A stretch of DNA of 64,000 nt. Origin: Rhizodiscina lignyota (Eukaryota). Location: the NCBI GenBank assembly GCA_010015805.1, contig ML978124.1, positions 62,001 through 126,000 of the forward strand, read 5' to 3'. The position numbers were made by a program, and so were the translations under genes. Below are positions 1 through 11,831 of the stretch, piece after piece; position 1 is the first letter of the stretch; each line of letters opens with the position of its first letter. Under the pieces are notes generated by a model. That model saw only the letters and a program-made list of their open reading frames with translations, was not told the origin of the DNA and did not search any database.

Positions 1-1042
1 CACGATCAGTCGTGTCACAGATGCCATACTTCTAAAACATTCCAGCTTCTGTGAAACTTCCCTTCAAGTCTTTGAATTTTCAATCACAGTTAGCTTACGA
101 AAGGCATGCAATTGTCGCCTACCCCATTCGGGAATTGAGCCCTTCCGTGGCGTTTCGCCGGACGAAGGCATGGAGATAGGAGTCCTTCTCACGAGAGGTA
201 ACAGTCTGCCAAGGCAACCGAGGTGGCGTATAACTCATCTTCACTCACAGCTCTGGGTGTTCTCATTGTGCAGCTTTGATACGCCGGCCAAACTTTGCGT
301 CGTCGTAGAGTGCTAGCCGCATCGGTCCATCCCTGATGGATTTCCAATACAATTATACCACGGCCTTCTCCACACGTTGAGTAACCAAAGCTCGAATAAC
401 GTTTCCTAAATGAGTTACTTGAACTCTTCTGCTCTGTATTCGTCTGTGAAACCAAAATTAAGCTTAATTCGACGGTGATGCCCGGGGCTGCAGGAAGTGT
501 GATTACTCACGCAAGCCCGATTACTTAGCAGCGTGGCTTGCTTCCCAGCCAAGCCCGCATTACCTCGATAAAGTAACTTCAGGATATTTCGTCATTTGGC
601 TGCTTGATAATTTGCTTAGTTGGTAAATTCCTTCATATGCTACGTTCACCCCCGTGTGTGAGGAATCCTCGACCAAGTGCTTGAAAATGATACCATAGCC
701 CGGACCCAGAACTTTGTCCCGAGCAACATTACTTTATGCCGCATTGTCGCTTGCAAATGCAAAAGAATTGATGAGCTCATTAATGACAACAGGGCGTGCG
801 TGCGTGCAAAATGATGCGCTGCATTATGACGGCGGAGAGGCATTCTCCGTCTTCTCTCGTTCACGCCTCGGCCAATAGCGGGACGTAGATCAGTGAGATA
901 CCAAGCAAGCAATCAGCTTACCCGGAGACTTCTATTTTTCAATAATTTGCACTGACAAGACAGTTCCGACGGAATCGGGTTACTGCGGCAAACAATCGTT
1001 GATGCTTTACTCTGTACGGCCCGACCGAAACACGATCGCACA

Positions 1043-1963
1043 ATGACCGGTTGGCCCGTGGTTAAGGATACTACAGCTCCTCCGAATCTTGAAGAGTTGG
1101 TGCCAATAATCCAAGCTGGTCTGGATCAAAATTTCAAAGAGGCATCTGTTTCGGTTGCAGAATGTCCAGACCTCTCATCTCCTCCGTTCAACCTGGCAGG
1201 GCAGGGTCTCTGCGGAAATGAGCGAATCGCAGATATTGGAGGCCAGCCTTACCTCTCACCGGTGCCACAGCTTGACAAGAAGTATTTGTTGTTAGACATG
1301 GCAAGGTTGATGGAGATGCCGAAAGAGCAAGGTTTCCTTTTGGGTGCTGGTGCAGGACCATGCCATGAATTGGGCTACAACTCTGAATTGGTGCCGAATA
1401 TATCTTGGAAGGGCGACAAGATCAACTCAGGCTGCACTCGATATGTCAAAATTCAAGATTCCGGAGACCCTCGCTGTGACAAACTGGACTCTACGGGCTT
1501 TGCGCTGATGTGTAACCTCTTTGGTAGCGACGGTCTTCCAGGCCCTGTGCTGAAGATCACGGCAAAATCGCGAACAGGTCCACTGAACTTTCCAGCGACA
1601 GTCCAGAAAGCCCTCCGAGAGCAGTACAAGGACCATCGTATCTCCTTGGGCGGTGTGTTTCTTCTCAAGTCTGGCAAGGCTAGGATGCACGTCATGCCGG
1701 ACTTCGCAGGGAAGCCACTAAAGACAACCGAAGAGAAGCTGCAATGGCTGCGCTTCTTCGAAATGAACGCTCCGTTGGTTTGCTTGAGCGTGTTCCATTC
1801 GCATGATCCTGGTTTGAGCCTCCGCATGGAGCATACGCATTGCTTCTCGGATCATGGAGATGGAGGACATTATCACTTCGACACAACGCCAGACGAGGTG
1901 GAGTATGAAGGATACTTCCAGGCCAGCAAAGTGCTGTACAGAATTGATCGACCGCCTTCGTAG
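1043..1963 (+). CDS. DUF1907 / C11orf54 (PTD012)-family zinc protein
   Basis: Intronless 306-aa ORF with CPDLSSPPFNLA..GLCG..IADIGG N-terminus and C-terminal EHTHCFS..GGHYH zinc-binding motif typical of C11orf54. Confidence 0.9.
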   Translation: MTGWPVVKDTTAPPNLEELVPIIQAGLDQNFKEASVSVAECPDLSSPPFNLAGQGLCGNERIADIGGQPYLSPVPQLDKKYLLLDMARLMEMPKEQGFLLGAGAGPCHELGYNSELVPNISWKGDKINSGCTRYVKIQDSGDPRCDKLDSTGFALMCNLFGSDGLPGPVLKITAKSRTGPLNFPATVQKALREQYKDHRISLGGVFLLKSGKARMHVMPDFAGKPLKTTEEKLQWLRFFEMNAPLVCLSVFHSHDPGLSLRMEHTHCFSDHGDGGHYHFDTTPDEVEYEGYFQASKVLYRIDRPPS

Positions 1964-2753
1964 CCCGTTATCAACAATAGCATTGCTGTTGAACTGCACC
2001 GAGTGTGGAATTGGAGGCTCATGGAAGAACAATGACAGCCAATTGTGATTATCTCGTCATGTTGATTTCATCTTACCTGGCATTCCTGAGGCTATGAGTC
2101 GGAAACCTGGAGCCGTATCACGCCAAATATCGTGTATCGGTTCCCAGGCCCTAGATATTGTATCTTTGCGCTTCTTGTATTTCGGGTTTGTCGACTTCAG
2201 CCGGTTCTGCATTACAGTTGGGCTGGCAGCTTTTTCCGTCCCGTCGCGACAATTCCTTACAAGACACAACGTGTTACATCTGGCCGGATTCCCCAATGAA
2301 CCATTCCCCGATGAACGACTATGAATTTACCATCATTCATTTGGGCTGCGTTAGTGACACGTGGAATAAAAGCAATCGATACAGTTAGTTGTCTTGGAAA
2401 AAGGCCCAATTGTGTTGCAAAATTGGACGCCGGTGGGTGTCGGCGTTTAAGGTTCGCACTCGTCCCCTGAAACGAGAATGGTTCATTCCCGACCCATGCC
2501 TAATCGAGACAAGGCTTGAAGGCAGCAACTTTTTGCGTGGGACAACAATCTGCCGTTAAGAATAAATACGCCGGTATCTCTTTTGCTTTTCAATTGATTC
2601 TCAGTATTTTGTCTACAACCTTTTAAGTTCCCGCAACCGTTCCATTGTCACTTATAGAGGCGTTTACGGTGGCTGTCGCTATTCCGAAGCACACCACAAC
2701 GCTGATCTTTGATTTTCTTTGGAGAAGATTCGTTGAACATCTAGGAAGTCGCC

Positions 2754-3689
2754 ATGTCCGATAATAAGACCACCTCTGCTCCACACACGGAGGAAAAGAC
2801 GTTCCGTGCCTACACTTCACAGCAAGGCAAGGACTACGCTCAACATCGCTTCGGTTACAGCCCGAGCCTGTACCAAGCCATCATCGACTACCACAAAGGA
2901 GGAGGCCAGCTTGACATAATCCTCGATGTCGGTTGTGGCCCTGGCGTCGCTGTCCGTGCGCTGGCGCCGCAATTCGCCCATGCAATTGGCATCGACCCGT
3001 CTGAGGGAATGATTAGTACTGCCCGATCCCTCGATGAAAACAAGGGCATCCGCTTTGAAGTCTCCACGGCAGAAGACCTCGGGTCGCAGGTGTCACCACC
3101 TATTGCAGATTCAAGCGTTGATCTCATTATCGCCGCGACCGCAGCTCATTGGTTCGACATGCCCCGATTCTGGGCACGCGCTGCGAAAGTCCTCAAGCCT
3201 GGCGGCAGTGTCGCTATCTGGACGAGCGCCTCTGGTGTTGTTCACCCATCCGTTCCCAACGCCGCTGCTATCCAGAAAGCTCTCGATGAGTACAGAGACA
3301 AACACATCAGACCCTATGACGCACCTGGGAATGTTATCGCTGCGGACTTGTACACCAACCTGCCACTTCCTTGGACCAGCCCAGAGCCTGTCCAGGAGTT
3401 CGATGAAGATACCTTCGTCCGGAAGGAATGGGCTCCAGGGGGCGAGTTCCTAGTCGGCAGCGAACGAATGGTCGACATGGAAACGCTCGAGAAGGTTCTG
3501 GGTACCGCCAGTCCGATAACGCGCTGGCGCGAGGCTCATCCAGATGCTGTGGGTACTGAGAATGATGTTACGCGGCTACTGAGGAGGGAAATAGAAAAGC
3601 TTTTGCATGAAGCCGGTGCGGAGAAAGGCAAAGAGATGGTTAGAGGCTCTGTTAAGGGAGTTTTGTTGATGGTGAAAAAGAAGGCCTAG
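2754..3689 (+). CDS. Class I SAM-dependent methyltransferase, trans-aconitate 3-methyltransferase (Tmt1)-like
   Basis: 311-aa ORF with ILDVGCGPG motif I, GIDPSEGM, AAHWFD and LKPGG motifs. Confidence 0.85.
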   Translation: MSDNKTTSAPHTEEKTFRAYTSQQGKDYAQHRFGYSPSLYQAIIDYHKGGGQLDIILDVGCGPGVAVRALAPQFAHAIGIDPSEGMISTARSLDENKGIRFEVSTAEDLGSQVSPPIADSSVDLIIAATAAHWFDMPRFWARAAKVLKPGGSVAIWTSASGVVHPSVPNAAAIQKALDEYRDKHIRPYDAPGNVIAADLYTNLPLPWTSPEPVQEFDEDTFVRKEWAPGGEFLVGSERMVDMETLEKVLGTASPITRWREAHPDAVGTENDVTRLLRREIEKLLHEAGAEKGKEMVRGSVKGVLLMVKKKA

Positions 3690-4456
3690 CCTTCCACTTT
3701 TCAGAGATTCCAGCAGTTGGAGGTGCGAGCGGCAAATTAAAGATACTTGAGAGATACATGAACTACTGTGGCAGCGACAGCGATCAAGTATTCGAGGAGC
3801 GAGTGATATTGCACAGGTATGAAAAGCGACGCGGAGAGGCACATGGAACAGTAGTGGTTGGTCAAGAGTCTCATAACTTAGAGAGGTAGCATAAAAGCCA
3901 TTCATCCGTCCACTACTGCAGTCATTCGCAAAATATTGCATTCATGTCCTGCAAACCAACTTCTTGTGCGATGGAAAAGTTTTTACATGTGCTATTATTA
4001 GGATGTCGGTCCGAGAGCCGCCACCGAAGAATATCCGTCCCGGCTCTACTCCGGCTGGTGTCATCAACATGATTCAGGGGCGACCTGAGTGGATCTGTCA
4101 ACGTGACCGGACGGTGATCCGGTATCAAATCACATGCCTTGTACCAAAAGAGTGCCAATGGACGATCATTTCCAGTGGAGAAGCACAAACGTGCATGCCG
4201 CCGGATTTTTTCTCGGTTCCAGGTTATCGTACGATTCGGTGTCACTCGGTCAGCTAACTACTACTTGCTTTCCGTGGCGATTGTGAAGCGTGTTCGTCGT
4301 GTCGACGTACCTCTGACGTATAAGTGCAAAACGGGCAATATGAAGCTGTACGCCAGGGGCTGCAATTATGAATAGCCTCCCCATTTCATTTTGAAGCGTC
4401 TCCAACGACTGCCTCAAGGATTATCTATACTTGTCAATCTATTTGCGACGCCGACA

Positions 4457-5388
4457 ATGGAAAATATCGGCAGTAAACAGTTTGCGGACTTCGACCTCGG
4501 AGGAGGCGTATTTATCGTGACTGGTAAGTCTGTTCGCCTGTTCTACGACTTTGATCTTGAACCCTGACTCCTCTCGCAGGTGGTGCACAGGGATTGGGCC
4601 TGGCCATGGCAGAGGGTCTTGTAGAAGCTGGGGGGAAAGGTACATCACCGCATCTCCAACGAAATCGAGTTTCGGCTAACCGCTGCTAAGTTTACTGCTT
4701 GGACCGTCAAACCGAGCCAGAAGAAGAATATTTGGAAGCTGAGAAGCGTGTCCGGCCTGAGTTTGGTGGCGAAATTCATTACCAGCAAGTAGATGTCCGC
4801 AACAACGATCATCTGAACAGTGTTATCGCTGGCATTGCCGAGCGCCATCAGCGTCTAGACGGTGTAGTAGCTGCCGCTGCCATTCAGCAGATACGCGCGG
4901 CAACCGACTATACGCCAGAAGACGTCAGAGAAGTGCTCGACATTAACTACACTGGCGCATTTATGACAGCAACAGCAGCAGCAAGGCAGATGTTCCGCTA
5001 CAAGTGCCGTGGATCAGTATGTCTAATTGCGTCCATGTCAGGTCACATTGCGAATAAAGGTCTTATCACTCCGGTCTACAACAGCTCGAAGGCAGCGGTA
5101 ATTCAACTCGCGCGAAATCTTGCAATGGAATGGTCTAAAGTAAACGAGAAGGGCGAAGGCGGAATTCGAGTGAATTCACTTAGCCCTGGAAACATCCTTA
5201 CCCCCATGGTTTTGAAGAACTTCGAGGAGAAACCGGAGCTGAGGACGACCTGGGAGAGCGAGAACATGCTTGGCCGTCTGAGTACACCGGAAGAATACAA
5301 AGGGGCTACGCTCTTCCTCCTTAGCAAGGCGAGCAGTTTCATGACCGGCGCAAACATGGTTATTGATGGAGGCTACACAGCTTGGTAA
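4457..5388 (+). CDS. Short-chain dehydrogenase/reductase, polyol type (D-arabinitol dehydrogenase / L-xylulose or sorbose reductase-like)
   Basis: ATG 4457; introns 4524-4579 and 4640-4690 give VTGGAQGLG (TGxxxGxG); IASMSG, catalytic YNSSK, IRVNSLSPG and C-terminal VIDGGYTAW. Confidence 0.88.
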
Positions 5389-6896
5389 TGCGGAGGTCTC
5401 GTGGTCGTCAGTTTGGACTCTAGAGCGTTAGAATGTTATGTAATATATCCTGTCCTGGTGTTACGATATCCGTTATAAAATTATCAATGAACTTGACTAC
5501 ATCTGAGGCAGAATTAATAGAAGGATGAGTCTCTGAAGTAAAATCAGATGTGTCATATGCCTGATAGCACATTCGTCATGCGACCGGCCCCGCTAACCAA
5601 GACTGAAGTGTACGGGGTATTCTAAATGCATTACATGAGAGAGGGCGTATAAAAAGCCGAAATATTCGCTGGGAGAATGCGCGATATGTCCCTTTTACTT
5701 TTCAGACCGAATCACAGCTACACAGATTCACAATCTGACTCGTGGTAAGGTTGCTCAAACGACGAGTCGGACTGCGATTTCACATGTTATTAGTGACGCA
5801 GCGAAATGTTTCAGGAGAACTCCCATACCTCGTTGAATGATGTCCTACTGTAACATATCCTTACTTCATACCATTCCTCAGCGGCACCATTTTTCTGTTT
5901 TTTCATAGAAATCCTATTAGTCTGAGTAAATCTCATGAGCATTTTATGAGTAATACCGGTTTGCGCTGCATCCAACCTGTGAATGTATCCGCTACCATAT
6001 GGTAGAAATTCATCAGTAATACCACTGGAATCATGTTTAGGGACCCTTTACATCAGTCAGGCGCCCGCTATTAAGAATTCAAGAATCGGCAAGAAGAGCG
6101 TAAATACCTCATATACTGGCTTTGACCGCCACGAGTACGAATGTTTCTAAAGGCATTCGGGTTTCCGATGACGCCGTAAACGGGACACCGCAACCTTGGA
6201 CGAAATTTCCAGCTCGGTCTCCTGATTCCGATCGTGAAATCATGTCAAGAGCATTTTGGACATCTCATAGTCAAGTATGTCTGGGAAAATTCGATATTTC
6301 GTCATTCGCAAACTATTACGTTGCACAATACATAACAGATAGCGTAGTCGCGCGCAAGAATGCGCTGTCCCCGCAAAAACCCAGTCCTAGGAAAAGGCTC
6401 ATCCCAGCCGCGAAAGGGACACTGTCACTTTCATAGGCGGCTCGTCCCGTGTATCGGCGGTGGCTCCGTACCCTGGTGGTAGCTTTGCAGCTATCCTTGC
6501 ATTATCTGCATTATCCGGAGGAAGCTCCGAGCTGCTTGTAAGAAATACTACTGGACGTTGCAAGTTTCGGTCAGCCACGATGGCGGAACGTCGTCCGATG
6601 GCATTTGATGATTGTCCTAGCTCCCACCCGACGTAAATTCTACGTAAAAGCCCAGATCCAGTTTCAATGATCGTCGTTTATCGTACGGGTTGCTTTGTCC
6701 TCACTGGCTGGACGGGAGCATTTAAGGCACATTTTGCCAGGAACGTGCGGCTCTGAAAAACATGGAGTGCTTCAGAGCTTCATAAATATGGCCTTACCTT
6801 CACATCACAGTGAGGTCATCCTCGTGGTTGAAGAGCCGGAGCAAAGTTGCGAAATCATCACAATGTTACTTCTGAGACTCACTGAGTGCGAAGAAA

Positions 6897-7190
6897 ATGG
6901 GCTCTGCCGCGCACACCAGGAAGCACAAGATTGCAGTCGTCGGATCTGGTAACTGGTCAGTCAGTCCTGTAGCGTATTCAAAACGCAAAAGGTAACGCAC
7001 GATGGGTGAAGGGCATCGGCAATCGCCAGAATAGTAGCAGAGAACGCGAAAGAACATGCAGATTTCGAGGAAACGGTGCCGATGTGGGTCTTCGACGAAG
7101 AGGTGGAAGTTAAGGATACCACGCATAGTGACGTCTTTGGCGGAGAGCCCACGAAGATTACTGAGGTACCAGCAGGTACATGAGAACGCC
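6897..7190 (+). pseudogene. Truncated NAD-dependent glycerol-3-phosphate dehydrogenase (GPD1-like) N-terminal fragment
   Basis: MGSAAHTRKHKIAVVGSGNW, intron ending at 7011, then ASAIARIVAEN..VPMWVFDEEV..KITEV; stop at 7181-7183, with VHEN continuing in another frame and nothing further downstream. Confidence 0.85.
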
Positions 7191-7268
7191 TATACTTTAT
7201 AGGTCTCGTACTTATTTAGTATTCGGTTCCGCTTCTACTCTAGAGCTATGTACAGTAACTTGAATATA

Positions 7269-7983
7269 CTAACTTGATGCAGCATGTGATGGCAGGACAA
7301 GAGTTCCGTTCCCCTCGAAGTCCGCGTCCCGTTGTGCATTCGCATCGCGCTGCTGCGACGTCACGAACTTGAGCTCTGCGAATTCCTGGTTCACGTTTGT
7401 CGGATCACCCGATCCCCAGAAGCCGCCTGGTTTGCCATTGTCAATGCATCTAGACTGTATTTCCTCCTGCACGCAGAGTCAGTCTTGTACTCGGTCATCG
7501 TTGTAACGTAGAACTTACGAGGACAGTGCAGCCATTCGGATAGCCTCCAGATCCAAAGTTTTGTTTAACCATGCGGAGATAATACGCAGGGGTAGGTCGT
7601 ACCGCAGTTTGGACGCTGCACGCCGGATAGTTACCCGATGAGCTAGTCTTATGGAAACTCAAGGTGTAGAATGCCGTATCCACCGTATGAGTGCAATCAT
7701 TCTGGGTGTTTCCATCACTGCTGCAATTGTAGATTGGGTCCCCGCCGGGATTACTGCACATCCAGCTTATCATGCTGCCCGCTGGTGTGGACGTGTCACC
7801 TATTTCAGTCTGCATGTTGTTGAGCCAGTCGGTCCAGTGCGGCGGCACTGTCGCTGGTTTTGCATCGCATCCGAACGCTCCACTTGGGTCTGGAGGTGAA
7901 GCCTGAGGAACAGCTTTAGCTTGGCTGAGGAGAAGTAGGACCAGACATGGTAGAAATAAGACAGGGAAACTAAACGAAAACAT
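7269..7983 (-). CDS. Small secreted cysteine-containing protein (effector-like), about 220 aa
   Basis: Hydrophobic signal peptide ending AKA; intron 7467-7518 (GTAAGT..CTGAC..CAG) joins ORF 7495-7983 in frame to ORF 7269-7472; 7 Cys in the mature part. Confidence 0.7.
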
Positions 7984-8499
7984 CGTGACTTATCCGGGAG
8001 GATGACAGACTTGCACACTAGAACATTAAAGTAGAGGAGAAATGTCTTCCCTTATACTGTCAAGATCTTCTCAGCTCCGTGCTTCGCATGAAGGCAAATA
8101 AGAAATACATTCAACTTAAACAAGAATAGTAATAATCTTCTAGCCTCCATTTATGAGAGCCTACCATCCTAAAATTCTAGATAAGTTATTTTCAGTGCTC
8201 GAGTGTTGTGAGGTGATCGTATGGCCATGAGAAGAGCATTTCCGGCGGAGACGATACTCACATCACGAAAGCTAACAGCGGATTCCGCTGAGTTGAAATC
8301 CTCATCTATGGGCACCGTTCACTTGGTGATGAAGCATTGTGCTTTGAGAAGCCAGTAATGTTAATCAAGCCCCCTTCTTATCCTCGGATCGGAGGCTTCG
8401 AGATGACGAAGGCAATAAGATTACCACAAGGTTATTATAGAGAACAAAGATAGTATGCCCGCATGATAGCGAGGGGATTGCACTATGTAGTCCCACTGA

Positions 8500-8830
8500 T
8501 AATAGTGCCCTACGAAAACGCTAGCAACTACCGTGGAAGACTACGGTAGTTATTACTTAGATTTAGATACTAAACTTAGTTAGACGTTTATAAGATATAA
8601 CGAGGTAGGGCTTCGTATATAATTAAGAACTCTTATCCGTAGAGCGGGTCCTAGGTCTTTATTTTCTATATTTACAATATTTAGAGAGAGAGAGAGAATA
8701 AATGAAAAACGTAGACTAATATATTTAACTAGTTAAATACTATATAATAGAACTACTTAAGAACCTGAGGTACAACCCTCACAGATTCACATAAGTTATT
8801 GTGTTTCGTTGCAAATATATACATATTTGA
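8500..8830. repeat. AT-rich, TpA-enriched block, probable RIP-mutated repeat/transposon relic, with a short (GA)n run
   Basis: Sharp drop in GC and abundant TA/TAG/CTA (e.g. tagacgtttataagatataa, actagttaaatactatataatag); no ORF. Confidence 0.55.
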
Positions 8831-9136
8831 TCAATCTACGGAGTAGATGGGCAAAGATCGTTTGCGTTCGCGGAGATGAAGAAGAGCACCAGCGAGAGAT
8901 GGCGTGATGAGAGATTTACGCGAGTTGACAGTGACAGCGATAGTGAACTCAGGTACGCCTCACGCATACGATAGAGCAACAAATTTGATCGAATTGTCGT
9001 CCACTGGTACCGTACGGAGCTGCAAAGATAAGCGCGATGGATTATCGACATCAGAGGGATGTACATCAACTAGTCGAATGTGCGTTGAATCAGTCTCGTC
9101 TGTGAGCGGTACCTGCGCGTAACTGAATGACTCTAT
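8831..9136 (-). pseudogene. HET-domain (HET-6-like) N-terminal remnant
   Basis: YAQVPL..HIRLVDVHP..LQLRTVPV..FVALSYA*G..ITPSLAGALLHLR; conserved ALSYxW Trp is a TGA stop (8960-8962); probable start reads ATA; homology is lost at the AT-rich block. Confidence 0.8.
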
Positions 9137-9517
9137 ATGGCGAATATACCGACGTTTGTATTGCAAGTCTGCGCGGATGTGCCAAGCTGTTGTAAAATCA
9201 AGAACTAGAACAGGAAACTGAGTGGAAACGAATGACCATACGAAGGGGCTAATTGAAAAATGAAAAACTGAAGCTGAAGTTGAGGCTGAAAGGAGAACAC
9301 GAGGCGGCTTGGATGCCAAGAGTTCTAGGTTGAGGCTGCATCACCAGCCACCACCTTCGGTGTTTCTCAAGTGGAACGTCCAATACGCCACCACTTGCCT
9401 TGTGTTCAACTTTTGCCTTAGGAAACTTTGACTTGCGACAAACGTGTTCACCAAATTCTCGTCGGAATCGAAGACTTGCGAAAGTTACCAAGTTGTTAGG
9501 GGACACCGCTCACCGCG

Positions 9518-10267
9518 ATGGAAACCAGCTCGGAACAAACGACAATTCCAACTCTGCACCACCTATCTTCATCGCAGTCGAATCGCGTCCTTTGGGCCCT
9601 CGAGGAGCTGGCCGAGGGGAACGGACTCAAATACGGTCTGAAAGCTTATCCTCGCGAGCATGGAGTTGCGCCGAAAGAACTGAAGTCGATATCTCCGCTT
9701 GGAAAGTCACCGATCTTGACAGTGGAACCCGTCGACCAATCAGGCCACAACAGCCTCGCTGCCGAGAAAGAGGTCGTGACTGAGAGTCGCATCATTCTCC
9801 AATTCATCTCCGACAACTACTCAAATGGCATATGGGTGCCAGAGTCCCCAGAAGATAAGAAGCGTGATGCGTTCTTCCAGGAATTTGCAAACTCTACGCT
9901 TCAGCCGAAAGTGACGTATCCACTCATTTTCGAATTGATACCGGTGCAGCTCCCGTTCGGCCTACGTCAACTCGTACAGCTTATGGTCAAACCAGTGGTC
10001 AACCATTGGTTGCAAGACCTGGGGCCAATCTACCAGGTCTTGGAAGATGCGCTCTCTGAAGAGAAGCCGTGGTTTGCTGGGGCAAAGCTTGGCCTCGCAG
10101 ATTTTTGCATGAACTGGGGTATGGACATAGCGACACACCGCAAATATTTCGATGCAGCCAAGTACCCAAAGCTTGGAAAGTGGTACATGACGGTGGTGGA
10201 AAGACCTGCATACAAGGCGACCCTGCAGAAAGGAGGCTCTTATGACCTTCTCACATTTGATTCTTGA
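9518..10267 (+). CDS. Glutathione S-transferase (Gtt1-like)
   Basis: TLHHLSSSQSNRVLWALEEL, SPLGKSP, ESRIILQFI and FAGAKLGLADF GST motifs. Confidence 0.9.
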   Translation: METSSEQTTIPTLHHLSSSQSNRVLWALEELAEGNGLKYGLKAYPREHGVAPKELKSISPLGKSPILTVEPVDQSGHNSLAAEKEVVTESRIILQFISDNYSNGIWVPESPEDKKRDAFFQEFANSTLQPKVTYPLIFELIPVQLPFGLRQLVQLMVKPVVNHWLQDLGPIYQVLEDALSEEKPWFAGAKLGLADFCMNWGMDIATHRKYFDAAKYPKLGKWYMTVVERPAYKATLQKGGSYDLLTFDS

Positions 10268-11831
10268 CGCATCGGCTCCCAATTCGAGGAACCACGTCCG
10301 GGCTCTGGAGGCACGAGCTTGACGCCGCACGAAAGTCAAAGGCTTGCGCTTCTGTACATCACCGACGGTGACCGTCTGCCGGTGCAAAATTATTTACTGA
10401 TCAGCTTGAAGTCACGCGCCCTCCGCACTTGTTACGATGGATAATCCGAATTTGTCTAGATAATCCATATATTACCTTTACCATAATCCATCTCATAACA
10501 CATTGTGGCGATAATCGATTATTCGCCTCCGGGGAGATATGGGTCCACCAACACTGGGGAAGGATCCGCACATACAGTTCCAGAGGCCTGACGAATCCAG
10601 GTATATTAGACGAGTAAGCTGTGGAAAAAGCGTTCATTCTAGCTCTCTGAATCAAAACAATTCCAGAGATGCGGCTGTCCTCATGACCCCCGGCCAATCG
10701 GTGTATTGAAGCCGTGGCATTGGGATGATGGTTTGCTCAGATGATAGACTGTGGTATCCAAGAAGGAGATGGCTCACAGCTGTGCCCCAACAACTGAGGC
10801 CAACGCTGCAGTGGCTACCTGCGGATGCTGGCGGCGCAGTGCATGTTGCATGCAAGCGAGTATGGCCCATCAGGCCAGTTAATTGAGACGCGTGCACTGG
10901 ATAGACGGTCCCGGGGAGCGTGATACGCAAGTCAAGACATGGGTACTTGCAAAGGCTCGGCGGACGATGGGAAATGTAGATCCGGCTGACCTGACTGATC
11001 CACCGGCTCTCCGCGGCAAATGGAAATATCAGTCTTGGCGCACATCTAGCGAATCCTCCTGGTCGAATATCAGGTTATACGCTGTGCTTTTCCTGTGCGC
11101 ATTTCGGGATTCTGGCCGCTTATGGTGGTGTCCTATCGCACTCCTAATTGCAGTCCCACAGTGCTAGCCACAATCCAACCACTGCAGCAGCCGCGGGAGC
11201 TGTCTCTCCGCACTCACGAACGAGGCAAGACGAGAATCAACGCTTTGTCTGCTCAACAGTCCAGCGCGGCCTAGAGCGCTGCCAGAGGTAACGTGTTCTG
11301 TTTCTGTGGGTCTCGTTGTTGGGGCCCCGCGCCAGACCGAAGAATTCGTCCCCACAATGAGCGCGTGATTGGTCGACTGGCTCTTCTTTATCGGCGACCG
11401 TCCACGTGCGGAGGTACCGCTGTACCATCTTCTTTGGGCTCCCATGTTTAGGGTACATGCACCCCGAACGCACCCCGAACGCACCCCGCGTCTTTCCAGA
11501 TATGGTGTCGTTTTATCTGGGGCTCCCAACTCACAGCTCCCCCTGCATTCGATAGCTTGCCCCAGAGGCTTCGGCCAGTATCCCGCGTGGTCAGATTTCC
11601 GTCCCCATGGGCGAGTCTGAGGGCGACCCGGGGTCCCCAGGTTCTCCACATGGCCTGCTCACTGCTTGAACGGTACGCAAGGCATGAGGGTTTCCGTCCT
11701 AACGCCGGGGGAAATAGTTTATAGGCACGACACCTTATGTACCCGTGTTCGCCCAGTCTGCCTCCGAGAAGCAGGTCACGCTTCGTATTGCTTGGATCAT
11801 TATTTCACAGCGTCATACAAAATCTGCAGCC

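Noticed and set aside
189..455. Possible hydrolase fragment (GEGRGIIVL)
   Set aside because: Too short, non-ATG start and no further motifs.
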